A stretch of 64,000 bases of DNA from Candidatus Anstonellales archaeon (GCA_038896535.1 JAWACY010000001.1:346750-410749); one strand, 5' to 3'; shown: positions 53,636 through 63,728, counted from the first letter of the stretch. The notes: generated by a model not told the origin, from the letters alone. Numbers and translations are program-made.

Positions 53636-53930
53636 TTAAATTTTTTATTTAAATTTTTTATAATCTTAGATGAGCAACTTATTGACAAAGTTCTTGATAT
53701 CTTGATAAAAAGATTATAGAAAAAATATTATACATATATAAAAATATGAGATATGAAAATATTATAAAAATGCAGGGTAAAATATATTGGAGTTAGCAAT
53801 AGGTAATATTTTATATTATCAACAAACTGAAAATAGAATGAGAGAAAGAACGATACAAAAAAGATATTACTACAATATAAGATAAGCTAATAAAGTAAAA
53901 ATTTTTTAACTGTTGGATATAAATTAAATT

Positions 53931-55433
53931 ATGTTTCTTGAACTTGTTGACACGACATTAAGAGATGGAGAGCAGGTTTATGGATTAAGCTATAAAGCAG
54001 AAGAGAAATTTATAATAGGAAGGTTCATACTGGAAAAGTTGAGAATTGATAGGCTCGAATGCGCTAGTGCATTAACTGAGAGCGATAAAAAAGCAGTCAG
54101 CATGCTCTCAACATTTGCAAATGATTATTTAAAAAAGCCTTTTTGTGTTGAAGTGCTGGCATTCTTGAATAAAGAATCAATAGACTGGGCATATGATGCT
54201 GGATGCAGGACTGTTAATATATTGGCAAAGGGCTCTAAGCAGCATTTAACAAAACAACTTAAATTAGATGAAAAGGGGCATAAAGAACTTATAGAATATG
54301 TATTTAATTACGCAAAAGACAGAGAAATGAGAGTAAATATTTACTTAGAAGATGTATCATATGGAATCCAAGAAAACAAGGATTATGTTTATGGTTTACT
54401 GGAATTCCTTGAGGGCCTTGAGCCAAACAGAGTTATGCTTCCAGATACAAGAGGGATTTTATGCCCAAGCCTTGTCAATGATTTATTTAAACCAGTATTA
54501 AAAGAATTTAGCAAACTTATTTTTGATTTTCATGGCCATAACGATTATGGGCTTGCATTGGCAAACAGCATTGAAGCAGCAAACATAGGATTTAACGGTA
54601 TTCATGGGACAATAAATGGCATGGGCGAAAGGACTGGCAATACTCCTTTAGAAGAGCTTATAGTAGCAATAAAGGATTTCACAAAAAGAAGGGTGAATGC
54701 TCAAGAAAAACACTTATATACTGCCAGCTTGATAGTGCAAAAATTCTCAGGAAAAAGTGTAGCTTTCAACAAGCCTATTGTTGGTGAATATGCATTTACA
54801 CACACTGCTGGCATTCATGCGGACGGAGAAAGAAAAGCAGGCCTTTATACATCAAGGCTCAGCCCAGCAAGATTTGGCAGAGAGAAGCAATTTTCAATAG
54901 GAAAATTATCAGGAAAGGCAAATATAAAAGTTGTGCTCGAAGAGCTTGGCATAAATATAAGTGATGAAGAGGCAAAGGTATTAAAAGAGAAAATTTCTAC
55001 ACTTGCCGGAAAGAAATTAATTATATCAGAAGCTGATATCATATATTTATTGGGGGACATAAAGAAAGATAAAAACATAACAAGATTAATTAAAATACAT
55101 GACATAGGCATAGAAAAACAGAATGAAAAATATGTGTGCAAAATGAAAATGTCAATAAAAGAAAATGAAGAAATATTTGAAGAAAAACAGGACAATTTAT
55201 TATTATGTATATTAGAAATAATAAAAAAAGCAAGCAAAAAACACGGTTTTTTTGTTCCTTTTATAGATGGTTATGAGATAGCAGATAATGGAGGGCTTGT
55301 ATTGACAACAATAAAATGTAAGAGCAGGAAAGGAAAAATATTCAAAACATATGGAAATGATAGTGATCTGATAAAATCGTTTGCATCTGCTATTGAAAAG
55401 GCAGTTAACTACGAAAACATTGCTTTAAAATAA
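53931..55433 (+). CDS. cimA: (R)-citramalate synthase / isopropylmalate synthase family (DRE-TIM)
   Basis: DTTLRDGEQ, N.LAKGS..H...QL, NIYLED, LPDT.G, FHGHNDYGLA, GMGERTGN, AGIHADG, GKLSGKA. Confidence 0.75.
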   Translation: MFLELVDTTLRDGEQVYGLSYKAEEKFIIGRFILEKLRIDRLECASALTESDKKAVSMLSTFANDYLKKPFCVEVLAFLNKESIDWAYDAGCRTVNILAKGSKQHLTKQLKLDEKGHKELIEYVFNYAKDREMRVNIYLEDVSYGIQENKDYVYGLLEFLEGLEPNRVMLPDTRGILCPSLVNDLFKPVLKEFSKLIFDFHGHNDYGLALANSIEAANIGFNGIHGTINGMGERTGNTPLEELIVAIKDFTKRRVNAQEKHLYTASLIVQKFSGKSVAFNKPIVGEYAFTHTAGIHADGERKAGLYTSRLSPARFGREKQFSIGKLSGKANIKVVLEELGINISDEEAKVLKEKISTLAGKKLIISEADIIYLLGDIKKDKNITRLIKIHDIGIEKQNEKYVCKMKMSIKENEEIFEEKQDNLLLCILEIIKKASKKHGFFVPFIDGYEIADNGGLVLTTIKCKSRKGKIFKTYGNDSDLIKSFASAIEKAVNYENIALK

Positions 55434-55453
55434 CTTTGTTAAAATTTAATTAC

Positions 55454-56032
55454 ATGGCAGGAAAAGAAACAAAAAATAAAAAATATGAGATTGAAAAAAT
55501 AATAAAAAGGCTTAAGGGTTCAAGGTTCCCAAATGTGCTAAGCAATAAGGAGCTTTTAGAAAGCATGGAAAAAACAAAAGAAAAACAAGAGCCAATAGCT
55601 GTTGTCTTAACTTGTAGTGACAGCAGGGTAATACCAGAATACATATTTGGAGCAAAACTTGGAGAGCTTTTTGTTATAAGAACTGCCGGTAATATGCCAG
55701 ATAAGAACAGCATGGCAAGTATTGAATATGCATTAGAGCACTTGAAAGTAAAAGTCATTGTTGTTTTGGGCCATACAAATTGTGGAGCAGTAAAGGGAGC
55801 AATAGCATTAAGGCAAGAGATGAAAAAATGGCAGAAGGATAGTTTCTTACCATATTTATTAGATAGCATAGCAGAAAACATAAAAGAAGCAAGAAATGTT
55901 GATGAAGCAATTTATATGAATGCAAAAAAAATAAAAGGCATCTTAGAAGAGAAACTAAAAAAATATGAAGTAAAAATTGTGCCTGCAATTTATGACATTG
56001 GAGATGGAAGTATTAAATGGCTTGATAGCTAA
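55454..56032 (+). CDS. beta-class carbonic anhydrase
   Basis: LTCSDSRVIPE, GELFVIRTAGN, SIEYA, LGHTNCGAV. Confidence 0.94.
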   Translation: MAGKETKNKKYEIEKIIKRLKGSRFPNVLSNKELLESMEKTKEKQEPIAVVLTCSDSRVIPEYIFGAKLGELFVIRTAGNMPDKNSMASIEYALEHLKVKVIVVLGHTNCGAVKGAIALRQEMKKWQKDSFLPYLLDSIAENIKEARNVDEAIYMNAKKIKGILEEKLKKYEVKIVPAIYDIGDGSIKWLDS

Positions 56033-56048
56033 TTATTGGTAGTTAGAC

Positions 56049-57266
56049 ATGGAAGAAATAGAAAGCAAAAAGTTCTATGAATTTAAAAAAACAATAAAAA
56101 AACTGAAAGAAATAAGGGGCACTGGAACTCAGCTTGTATCATTTTATATTCCAGCGGGCTATCCTATACCAGAAGCAGCTGCAAAAATAAGAGAAGAAAT
56201 AAGCCAAGCACAAAACATAAAAAGTAAACAAACAAGGACAGCAGTAATATCAGCATTAGAAAGAATATCAAATGCATTAAAGCATTTTAAATCAACGCCA
56301 GAAAAAGGGCTTGTCATGTTTGCAGGAAATATCAGCAATGACCCATCAAGGGAGGATATACAGATTTTTATAATAGAGCCATTATATAGGCTAGGGCAAA
56401 GTATATATAGGTGTGACTCATCCTTTTTTTTAGAGCCATTGGAAAAAATGCTTGAATCAACAGATAGCTATGGCATTGTCGCAATAGAAGGCAGAGAAGC
56501 AACACTTGCATTGTTAAGGGGAACAGAAGTAAATATAGTTGAAAGGATAGAAAATCAAGCACATGCAAAAGTAAGAAAAGGCGGACAAAGTGCAAGGAGA
56601 TATGAAAGGCTCATAGAAGAGGCAATAGAAAGATTTTACAAAAAGGTTGGCGAAGCAATGGATAAACATTTTCTTGGCAAAGTTAAGGGCATAATAGTTG
56701 GTGGCCCTGGCCCAACAAAAGATTATTTCTTAAAAGAAAGTCCATTCAATTACCAGCATAAGATCCTTGGTGTTGTCGATACTGGATATGCTGATGAAAA
56801 TGGAGTTTATGAAATAATGAATAAAATGGAGGGCATAATAAAAGAACAAGAAGCAGTAAAAGAAAAAGCACTTTTAACAAGATTTATATCAGAAGTAGTA
56901 AAGGGTGGCAAAGCAATTTATGGCTATGCTGAAGTGGTTGAGGCAATAAAAACAGGGAGGGCATTTAAAGTGCTTGTTTCAGAAGGTCTTGACCAAAATT
57001 ATTTTCTCTTCAAATGCCAAAAGGATGATACAACAATTGAGATAATAACACCAAAAGAGCAGGCACATAAAAAAAGAACTAGTCCAGAAACATGCCCGCA
57101 AGACGGGACATTAATGACAATAATAGAAGATGAAGATTTAACTGATCACATAATAAAAATTGCAATGGAATCAAATATTGACGTTGAGGTCATAAGCACA
57201 AATACACAAGAAGGCCAGCAATTTCTCAAAGGATTTAAAGGCATTGGCGCATTTCTAAAATATTGA
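56049..57266 (+). CDS. prf1: peptide chain release factor aRF1
   Basis: GTQLVSFYIP, NIKS, YRCDS, KGGQSARR, GPGPTK, F.GIGAFL.Y. Confidence 0.97.
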   Translation: MEEIESKKFYEFKKTIKKLKEIRGTGTQLVSFYIPAGYPIPEAAAKIREEISQAQNIKSKQTRTAVISALERISNALKHFKSTPEKGLVMFAGNISNDPSREDIQIFIIEPLYRLGQSIYRCDSSFFLEPLEKMLESTDSYGIVAIEGREATLALLRGTEVNIVERIENQAHAKVRKGGQSARRYERLIEEAIERFYKKVGEAMDKHFLGKVKGIIVGGPGPTKDYFLKESPFNYQHKILGVVDTGYADENGVYEIMNKMEGIIKEQEAVKEKALLTRFISEVVKGGKAIYGYAEVVEAIKTGRAFKVLVSEGLDQNYFLFKCQKDDTTIEIITPKEQAHKKRTSPETCPQDGTLMTIIEDEDLTDHIIKIAMESNIDVEVISTNTQEGQQFLKGFKGIGAFLKY

Positions 57267-57405
57267 GCAAACCATAAATGTTGCCAAAATCTTCAATACA
57301 TCATATTAACATTTTTATTTTGTCTTTATTTTGTCTATTTGTCATCCTTCTAGTATAAGTAGATTGATATTAACAATTCATCATTTAATGAATTTAATGA
57401 ATTCT

Positions 57406-57840
57406 TTACTTAACGATCTTTATGCTTTTTCCTTTTAATCTGACTGGTATTGATACTACTGCTTCTAATGGCAAAACTGTATATTCATCCTTTGCTTTAT
57501 CAACAGAAATGACTCTTGCTTTTTCTCCTTTAAATGGACCAGATACAATTTCAACAGTATCGCCAATTTTAATTTCTTGTTCTGGTTTTTCTTCGATCTT
57601 GAACATTGCAATGACTTGCTCATCTTGCATGGGCTTTTGCAACATGCCTTTAACATGCTTTATGCCTGAAATTGCTTCATAAGCAGCATTCTCATCATCT
57701 GTTTCAATGAATACATAACCTCTTACTGGCTCATGGAAAAAAACAGAATAAATTGGCAATTTATTTGCTATTACTCTTTTTTCTATCATCATAGTTACTA
57801 TCTTTTCTTGTTTTGTTGCTACTCTTACAACATAAAACAT
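57406..57840 (-). CDS. spt5: transcription elongation factor Spt5/NusG
   Basis: NGN domain (QEK.V, GYVFIE) plus KOW (GDTVEIVSGPFKG). Confidence 0.95.
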   Translation of the reverse strand: MFYVVRVATKQEKIVTMMIEKRVIANKLPIYSVFFHEPVRGYVFIETDDENAAYEAISGIKHVKGMLQKPMQDEQVIAMFKIEEKPEQEIKIGDTVEIVSGPFKGEKARVISVDKAKDEYTVLPLEAVVSIPVRLKGKSIKIVK

Positions 57841-57849
57841 GCTTCCACC

Positions 57850-58008
57850 TCAAAACAAAAACATTAATGTGTGTATTATAAAACCAATGAGCCCTATTAT
57901 TATTATGAGCAAACCTACAACCCATGCTTTTCTGGCAAGTTCTTCATCATTTGGCAGCTTAACCTTCTTTGTTACAAATAAAACATCCTTTATTACTGGC
58001 AACTTCAT
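57850..58008 (-). CDS. secE: protein translocase subunit SecE (Sec61-gamma); not in the ORF track
   Basis: Manual translation MKLPVIKDVLFVTKKVKLPNDEELARKAWVVGLLIIIIGLIGFIIHTLMFLF; KxP..EE and G.IGF.I motifs; canonical ftsZ-secE-spt5 synteny. Confidence 0.9.
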   Translation of the reverse strand: MKLPVIKDVLFVTKKVKLPNDEELARKAWVVGLLIIIIGLIGFIIHTLMFLF

Positions 58009-58020
58009 TTTATCACATTA

Positions 58021-59145
58021 CTAACCTATATCATCTATAACAAAGCTACTGTAATCTTCTGCTTTCTCTTGGTCTAGGCTAAATTCCTCAAATGAAACGC
58101 CAGCAAGAACAACAAGCACTCTTATTGTTGACTTCTTTAAGTTTGGTTCGGTTCTGGCGCCAAATATGATATGTGCATCAGGGGCAATTCTTTTTGCAGT
58201 TTCTCCTACTATGTATTCAACTTCTCTTAATGATAAATCTTCCCCGCCAACTATATTTATCAAAGCTCTTTTTGCTGTGCTTATATCAACATCGAGTAAT
58301 GGACTGTTCAATGCAGTTTCTATTGCTATCTTTGCCCTTTCTTGTTTATCAACATCTGCTGTTGCTTCACCAACGCCAATAACTGCATAACCAGCATCTT
58401 TCAATACAGTCATCAAATCCGCAAAATCAACATTCACAAGTCCTGCTTTTGTTATTAGCTCTGTTATATTCTTTACTGAACCGGCAAGCACTTCATCACT
58501 TATTTTAAATGCTGTATTCAACGGCAAATCTGGGGCTAAGGATAAAAGCTTGTCATTCTTTATTAAAATAAGCGTATCTACACTTCTTTTTAATTTCTCT
58601 AATCCTTTTATTGCATTTTCTCTCCTTGTTTTTCCTTCTGAAGTGAAAGGCATTGTAACAATTGCAACAGTCAATGCATTTAAGTCCTTTTTTGCTATTC
58701 TGGCAACAACTGGAGCAGTGCCTGTTCCTGTACCACCTCCCAACCCACATGTAACAAAAACCATGCTGGCATCTTCAATGTTCTTTTTTATATCATTAAC
58801 TGCTTCTTCTGCTGCTTTTTCACCGCATTCTGGATAGCTTCCACACCCCCTGCCTTTTGTCAATTGTTTTCCTAGCAGTATCTTTTTATCTGCTTTAACT
58901 GTAAGTAAATGCCTTGCATCAGTGTTTGCAGCAATTGTTAAAGCCCCATCTACATGCAATTCAAAAAGCCTGTTTAGTGTATTACAACCAGAGCCGCCGC
59001 ACCCAACTACATAAACCTTCGGCTCGCTCTCTTTTATGAATTTCAATATTTCATTATCTCCCACATCATCTGCTATTGCTTTTTCTTCATTGTCTATAAC
59101 ATTTTTTGCATGTTGCTTTATATTTTGCATTTGCTGCTCTTCCAT
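58021..59145 (-). CDS. ftsZ: cell division protein FtsZ (FtsZ1-like)
   Basis: VVGCGGSGCN, NTDARHL, GLGGGTGTG, NDKLL, GLVNVDFAD. Confidence 0.96.
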   Translation of the reverse strand: MEEQQMQNIKQHAKNVIDNEEKAIADDVGDNEILKFIKESEPKVYVVGCGGSGCNTLNRLFELHVDGALTIAANTDARHLLTVKADKKILLGKQLTKGRGCGSYPECGEKAAEEAVNDIKKNIEDASMVFVTCGLGGGTGTGTAPVVARIAKKDLNALTVAIVTMPFTSEGKTRRENAIKGLEKLKRSVDTLILIKNDKLLSLAPDLPLNTAFKISDEVLAGSVKNITELITKAGLVNVDFADLMTVLKDAGYAVIGVGEATADVDKQERAKIAIETALNSPLLDVDISTAKRALINIVGGEDLSLREVEYIVGETAKRIAPDAHIIFGARTEPNLKKSTIRVLVVLAGVSFEEFSLDQEKAEDYSSFVIDDIG

Positions 59146-59220
59146 AAAATCACCTATAAAAAGCAATATTTATTATTTAACATATCCATTTTTAATTCCT
59201 TCTGCTATATATTTTTAACT

Positions 59221-59421
59221 ATGTCAGAATTAAAACTCAAAAACGATAATTTTAAGAGGGGCGTTTTTTATTCAAGATTGGCAAGAAAAATAGAAACATT
59301 GATTGAAGAGGGAAGATTAAATAAAGGAGATGAAGAAAGAGCATTAAAGTTATTGAAGGAATGCTGGAGCAAAGCCCATGAATATATTGATAAATTTTGC
59401 GAAGAAAAAGTAAAGAAATAA
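59221..59421 (+). CDS. small hypothetical protein
   Basis: 66 aa from the ATG at 59221 (MSELKLKNDNF...), divergent from ftsZ. Confidence 0.5.
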   Translation: MSELKLKNDNFKRGVFYSRLARKIETLIEEGRLNKGDEERALKLLKECWSKAHEYIDKFCEEKVKK

Positions 59422-59562
59422 AAAAGAGAAGTGAAAGAAAATTGAAAGAACGGGCAAGAAAAAATTGATGCTTTATTTAATTACATAATGCCTTTAAACA
59501 TACTCACTTTAACTACATGCCTAATTTTTGCCTAATTTCTACCTATATTTACCTAATTTTAA

Positions 59563-60531
59563 CTACATACTTAATATTTCATGCTCTTTTTGTTGATTTG
59601 GTAATTGAATGCATATAAAAGCATTTAAAAAGTTGTTTTTTATTTCCTCATTTTCTATACCAAGGCCTTCTTCCAAAGCAGTTATTATACCCCTACAATG
59701 TGCATGTCCAACAACAACTGCTAATTTGTCATATTCATTTATTAATGCCCTTATTGCATCAGCAAATGCCAAGTCGCGCAAATAAAGCAAAAAGAAAAAA
59801 CGCTTCCAGTCATTTATAGAAGTGCTTTTTGTATACGGCAATAAGTCAAATGATATGCCTTTTAATGTGCTTTCTCCAATAATAAAACTATTAATACTTA
59901 ACATTGCAAGAAATTCTCCAACACCAAAATTTAAAAATTCCTTTTGTGCTTCAATAGTGTCAATCTCTATTATTTTATCAAAGGGGTATTTGGATAATAA
60001 GTAGTTTATCGCTTTATTTATAGAGCCAAGCTCAATATCAGCAATTGGTATTAACTTGCATAATTTATATGCAACTTTTGCAAATGCATGAATGCTATTT
60101 CTCGAATGAATACATAAGCCATCATCTTTTACATGAGATTCAAATGCAAGGCATTCAATATCAAATAATTTTATAAACTTTGTTAAAAATTTCTGTGCTT
60201 CAAAAGCATATGCACTATTATTTTTATGATCAATACCAATTATGTATAAATTTTTCTTGCCAATGATTTTGCTTTTCTCTTCGAACAATAACTTTGTAAC
60301 TGATTGCAAAAAATTATAAGGCCTTTTTCTTAACAATCCAGAACTGCCAATTTTTATTATTTTGCTCCTTTCATTTTCGCTTAATGGCTCTTTTGCCCAT
60401 GCATTTTTATCATGTTTTTTAAATGCTCCCTTGTTCTCATAATATTGCTGCAACTCAATATTTATTTTATCTCTCAGGCTCATTAAAATTTTAAAATTTT
60501 CATTTTTTTCAAAATTTCCCATTTTGCACAC
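59563..60531 (-). CDS. TraB/GumN/Tiki (EreA/ChaN-like) family protein
   Basis: LYIIGIDH, LAFES, RD...A..I, AVVVGHAH..GI. Confidence 0.65.
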   Translation of the reverse strand: MCKMGNFEKNENFKILMSLRDKINIELQQYYENKGAFKKHDKNAWAKEPLSENERSKIIKIGSSGLLRKRPYNFLQSVTKLLFEEKSKIIGKKNLYIIGIDHKNNSAYAFEAQKFLTKFIKLFDIECLAFESHVKDDGLCIHSRNSIHAFAKVAYKLCKLIPIADIELGSINKAINYLLSKYPFDKIIEIDTIEAQKEFLNFGVGEFLAMLSINSFIIGESTLKGISFDLLPYTKSTSINDWKRFFFLLYLRDLAFADAIRALINEYDKLAVVVGHAHCRGIITALEEGLGIENEEIKNNFLNAFICIQLPNQQKEHEILSM

Positions 60532-60675
60532 ATTTATATAATTAATAACAAAAATTTATAAACGTTGCTATAAGCTTAATATAACCCTATGTTTGCTATG
60601 TGTTTGCTATGCCTTTATTTTGCCATTGCCTTATATTTGTTTAATTTACAAAATTTATTTAAATTTATTTTAAAC

Positions 60676-61053
60676 TTATTTTAAACTACATCCTGCAGCA
60701 TCTGCAAGCTTATCTAAAGGTTGAGTGCCTTCTAGCACTTTACCATTTATCTTCCATGTTGGATATGCTTTTATGCCCTCTTTTTTGCATATCTCTATCT
60801 GTTCTTGCCTATTATTTGGATCGCAATTAATATATTTTATAAATCTGAATGAACTGCCAAACATATTTTTTTGTTCTCTACAATGCGGGCACCAATCAGC
60901 ACCATACATAACAGCATCTTTACTTGATAAGCATTTTGCAAAATTATCATATTTCCCTTGCTCTGGCTGAAAACCAACGTAGTAATAATAGAGAAAGCCA
61001 AATAATAATATAACTGCTATTAATATTGCAATGCTTTTTTTATCAATTTGCAT
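60676..61053 (-). CDS. membrane-anchored thioredoxin-like protein
   Basis: N-terminal TM helix, MYGADWCPHC, YINC, GIKAYPTW. Confidence 0.9.
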   Translation of the reverse strand: MQIDKKSIAILIAVILLFGFLYYYYVGFQPEQGKYDNFAKCLSSKDAVMYGADWCPHCREQKNMFGSSFRFIKYINCDPNNRQEQIEICKKEGIKAYPTWKINGKVLEGTQPLDKLADAAGCSLK

Positions 61054-61089
61054 ATTAAAGCTTAAAAAAGACATTTTAAAAATATTTTT

Positions 61090-61809
61090 ATGGAAGAAAT
61101 GAGAGTTATTGGGCTTGATACACTAAGGGGCATAGCAATAATGCTTATGATAATTGATCATGTTGCAGCAATAATATATTTTCAGCCAATAAATGAAAAT
61201 ACAATTAGATTTTTAACAAGATTATCAGAGCCCATTTTTGTCATTTTATTTGGATATTTTCTTTATGGAAGGAAAAAAGAAAATAAGTTTTTGACAAGGG
61301 CATTGCAAATATTGGCAGCCGCAATTTTTGTTAATATTTTTTACTTTCTTATAATTGGTAAAGCAGAAATATTGTTAAGCATATTGCTCGTTTACACAAT
61401 TTTCATGATTTTTGATAAGGCAGTTTTGCTTTTCCCCTTATTTGCACTATTAAGCTTTAATGACATAACAGTAAAATTCTTAGATTATCCATTAAGCATA
61501 GTATTCATGCAGGCTTGTATTGGCTATTTAATAAGAAGTAAAAGCAATCTTTCTTTTTTTGCAATAACGATATTTTTGCTCACTTCATTATTATGGCCCA
61601 GTCCTTATTTCTATACCATAATATTTACAATTCCGGCAATTTTATTATTAATAATTTTTGAAAAGCATTTTAATAAATTAAAAATTGAGCCACTAACAAC
61701 ATTTGGAAAATACCCATTATCATCATATATTTCTCAATACATCATTATTGTTCTTCTAGCATTATATTTAAACCCAGATTTGGCATTATTATTAAGCTTA
61801 AAAATATAG
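61090..61809 (+). CDS. integral membrane acyltransferase-like protein (DUF1624/TraX-like)
   Basis: R..GLDTLRGIAIMLMIIDH, P.FV.LFG, G.YPL..Y..Q and multiple TM helices. Confidence 0.7.
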   Translation: MEEMRVIGLDTLRGIAIMLMIIDHVAAIIYFQPINENTIRFLTRLSEPIFVILFGYFLYGRKKENKFLTRALQILAAAIFVNIFYFLIIGKAEILLSILLVYTIFMIFDKAVLLFPLFALLSFNDITVKFLDYPLSIVFMQACIGYLIRSKSNLSFFAITIFLLTSLLWPSPYFYTIIFTIPAILLLIIFEKHFNKLKIEPLTTFGKYPLSSYISQYIIIVLLALYLNPDLALLLSLKI

Positions 61810-61843
61810 GATAAATTTAAAAATATTAATAGGAAAATCTATC

Positions 61844-62542
61844 ATGCTGAATATTGATAAACCAACAAAGCAAGCAATCATTATAAGCATTGCTGTGATT
61901 CTTGCTTTCTTTATCTTCTATTCTGGTTATAGCAAAGAAAAAAAGGCGCTTGATTTTTCTTTGCTTTATAAAATAATAAGCTTTGAAGATTACACATTCT
62001 CAATAAAAGAAATAAATAAGCTTTCAGCTCTTGCTGGTTTAACATTACTTGCAATGGCATTTTTGCCAGGCCCTTTATCTAAGCTATGGCCACAAATATT
62101 TAGCAAATATTTAGTATTGAGAAAACCTATAGGCATTATAGGGTTCTTGTTAATTTTATTACATTCATATCTATCATTTGTCTATTATTATAAATCAGAC
62201 TTTTATGGGGCTTTGTTTAACAATCCAAAAGTATCTGCCTTTATAGCTGCTTTAATAGCATTTATCATATTCACAGCAATGGCTTTAACATCAACAAAAG
62301 AAGCAGTTAATAAGATGGGATACGAAAAATGGAAATTATTACAAAGAACTGGTTACATAGCACTTGCCCTATCATTAATACATTTTATAATAATAGAAAC
62401 AAAGCCTGACATAGGATTTGATGTAAGGCCATTTGCTTATATTGCTTTGATAATAGCATTATTAACATTATTATTAAGGATATATGTCCATATAAGAAAA
62501 GCACCAGAAAGAAAATCTTATGAAGAGCATTTCAGAGCTTAA
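61844..62542 (+). CDS. ferric reductase-like transmembrane (MsrQ/YedZ-like) protein
   Basis: RKPIG......LLH, ALTS....NKMG...WK.LQR..Y......H. Confidence 0.85.
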   Translation: MLNIDKPTKQAIIISIAVILAFFIFYSGYSKEKKALDFSLLYKIISFEDYTFSIKEINKLSALAGLTLLAMAFLPGPLSKLWPQIFSKYLVLRKPIGIIGFLLILLHSYLSFVYYYKSDFYGALFNNPKVSAFIAALIAFIIFTAMALTSTKEAVNKMGYEKWKLLQRTGYIALALSLIHFIIIETKPDIGFDVRPFAYIALIIALLTLLLRIYVHIRKAPERKSYEEHFRA

Positions 62543-62556
62543 AATTAATAAACAAA

Positions 62557-63720
62557 TTAATAAACAACTGATATTTTGCCCTCTAAAATTTTATAAGTCA
62601 ATTCTGGCAATAGTTCTAAATGATATAAAATGATATCTTTTAATTTCTGCTCATCGCGTTGTTTGCCATATATCTCAGCTATTGCCATCTTCGGCTTTGT
62701 TATCTCTTGTCCTATTCTGGAAAGCAAATAAACATTTACATCAAGCCCTTGCTGTTCAAAAATATCATTAGCTATGAGGTTAGAGCATATTGAGTAAAGC
62801 TTTCCTACATGGCTTACAGGGTTTTTTCCTGCGCTTGCCTCAAGAGTCATTGGCCTAAAAGGAGTTATAAGGCCATTTGCCCTATTTCCCCTTCCAACGC
62901 TTCCATCATCTCCTGCTTCTATGCTTGAGCCTATGCATGTAATATATATGCTATCTCCCTTATCTGCTGTATTTATTTTAACTTCAACATCATCGCCATA
63001 TACTTTCTTAGCTTGCTTTTCAGCCAATTCTTGTATTTTATTTTTCTTTTCCCAGTAATCACTAACGCTATCAATGTATTTCGAAACAAAGGCCATTGCA
63101 ATTGTTATGCTTGCTTCATTTCCCTGCCTTGAACCCATGACTTTTATATCCTCTCCTATAAAAGGGAATTTCTTTTTTATTAAATTGCTATTAAAAAACA
63201 GCTCTAAATCCTTAACAGTTTTTTCAAGTTTTGTTAACGGAGCATAACCAACACCAAAACTTGTATCATTCGCTAATGGTACTTTGCTTCTCATAAATAA
63301 CTCAGTTAAATCCTTAGATCCCTCTTTTATATTTATTTCATAATCAAAATCTTTTTCCACATCAGCATTTCTCAATCCTTTCAAAATTTTTTTTGCTGCA
63401 TTTGTTGCTATATCATCAATATCTATCTTTTTTCCATTCCAATTAGATGTTGCTCTGCCAGTGATATAAACAAGTGGTTTTTTAATGAGCATTCCTCCAT
63501 TAAATTCAACGCGTGCTTTTCCACCGACAATAAGCCCCTTATCGACATTATGGTGTGCTATAAAACCAAAATTTTCTATATAACATTTACATAAATCCCT
63601 GCTTGTTTGCTCAACAATCATATCTATCAGTGTATCTGGATGGCCAAAGCCTTTTCTTTCCACAATCTCAATATCTTTATACTGCGGTGGTAAGCAGGTA
63701 GTCTGCCTTACAACAAGCAT
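62557..63720 (-). CDS. mat: S-adenosylmethionine synthetase, archaeal type
   Basis: EIVERKG.GHPD, HHNVDKG, LANDTSFGVG, GEDIKVMG, GRGNR.NGLITP.RP, GKNPVSHVGK. Confidence 0.96.
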   Translation of the reverse strand: MLVVRQTTCLPPQYKDIEIVERKGFGHPDTLIDMIVEQTSRDLCKCYIENFGFIAHHNVDKGLIVGGKARVEFNGGMLIKKPLVYITGRATSNWNGKKIDIDDIATNAAKKILKGLRNADVEKDFDYEINIKEGSKDLTELFMRSKVPLANDTSFGVGYAPLTKLEKTVKDLELFFNSNLIKKKFPFIGEDIKVMGSRQGNEASITIAMAFVSKYIDSVSDYWEKKNKIQELAEKQAKKVYGDDVEVKINTADKGDSIYITCIGSSIEAGDDGSVGRGNRANGLITPFRPMTLEASAGKNPVSHVGKLYSICSNLIANDIFEQQGLDVNVYLLSRIGQEITKPKMAIAEIYGKQRDEQKLKDIILYHLELLPELTYKILEGKISVVY

Positions 63721-63728
63721 AATAATAA

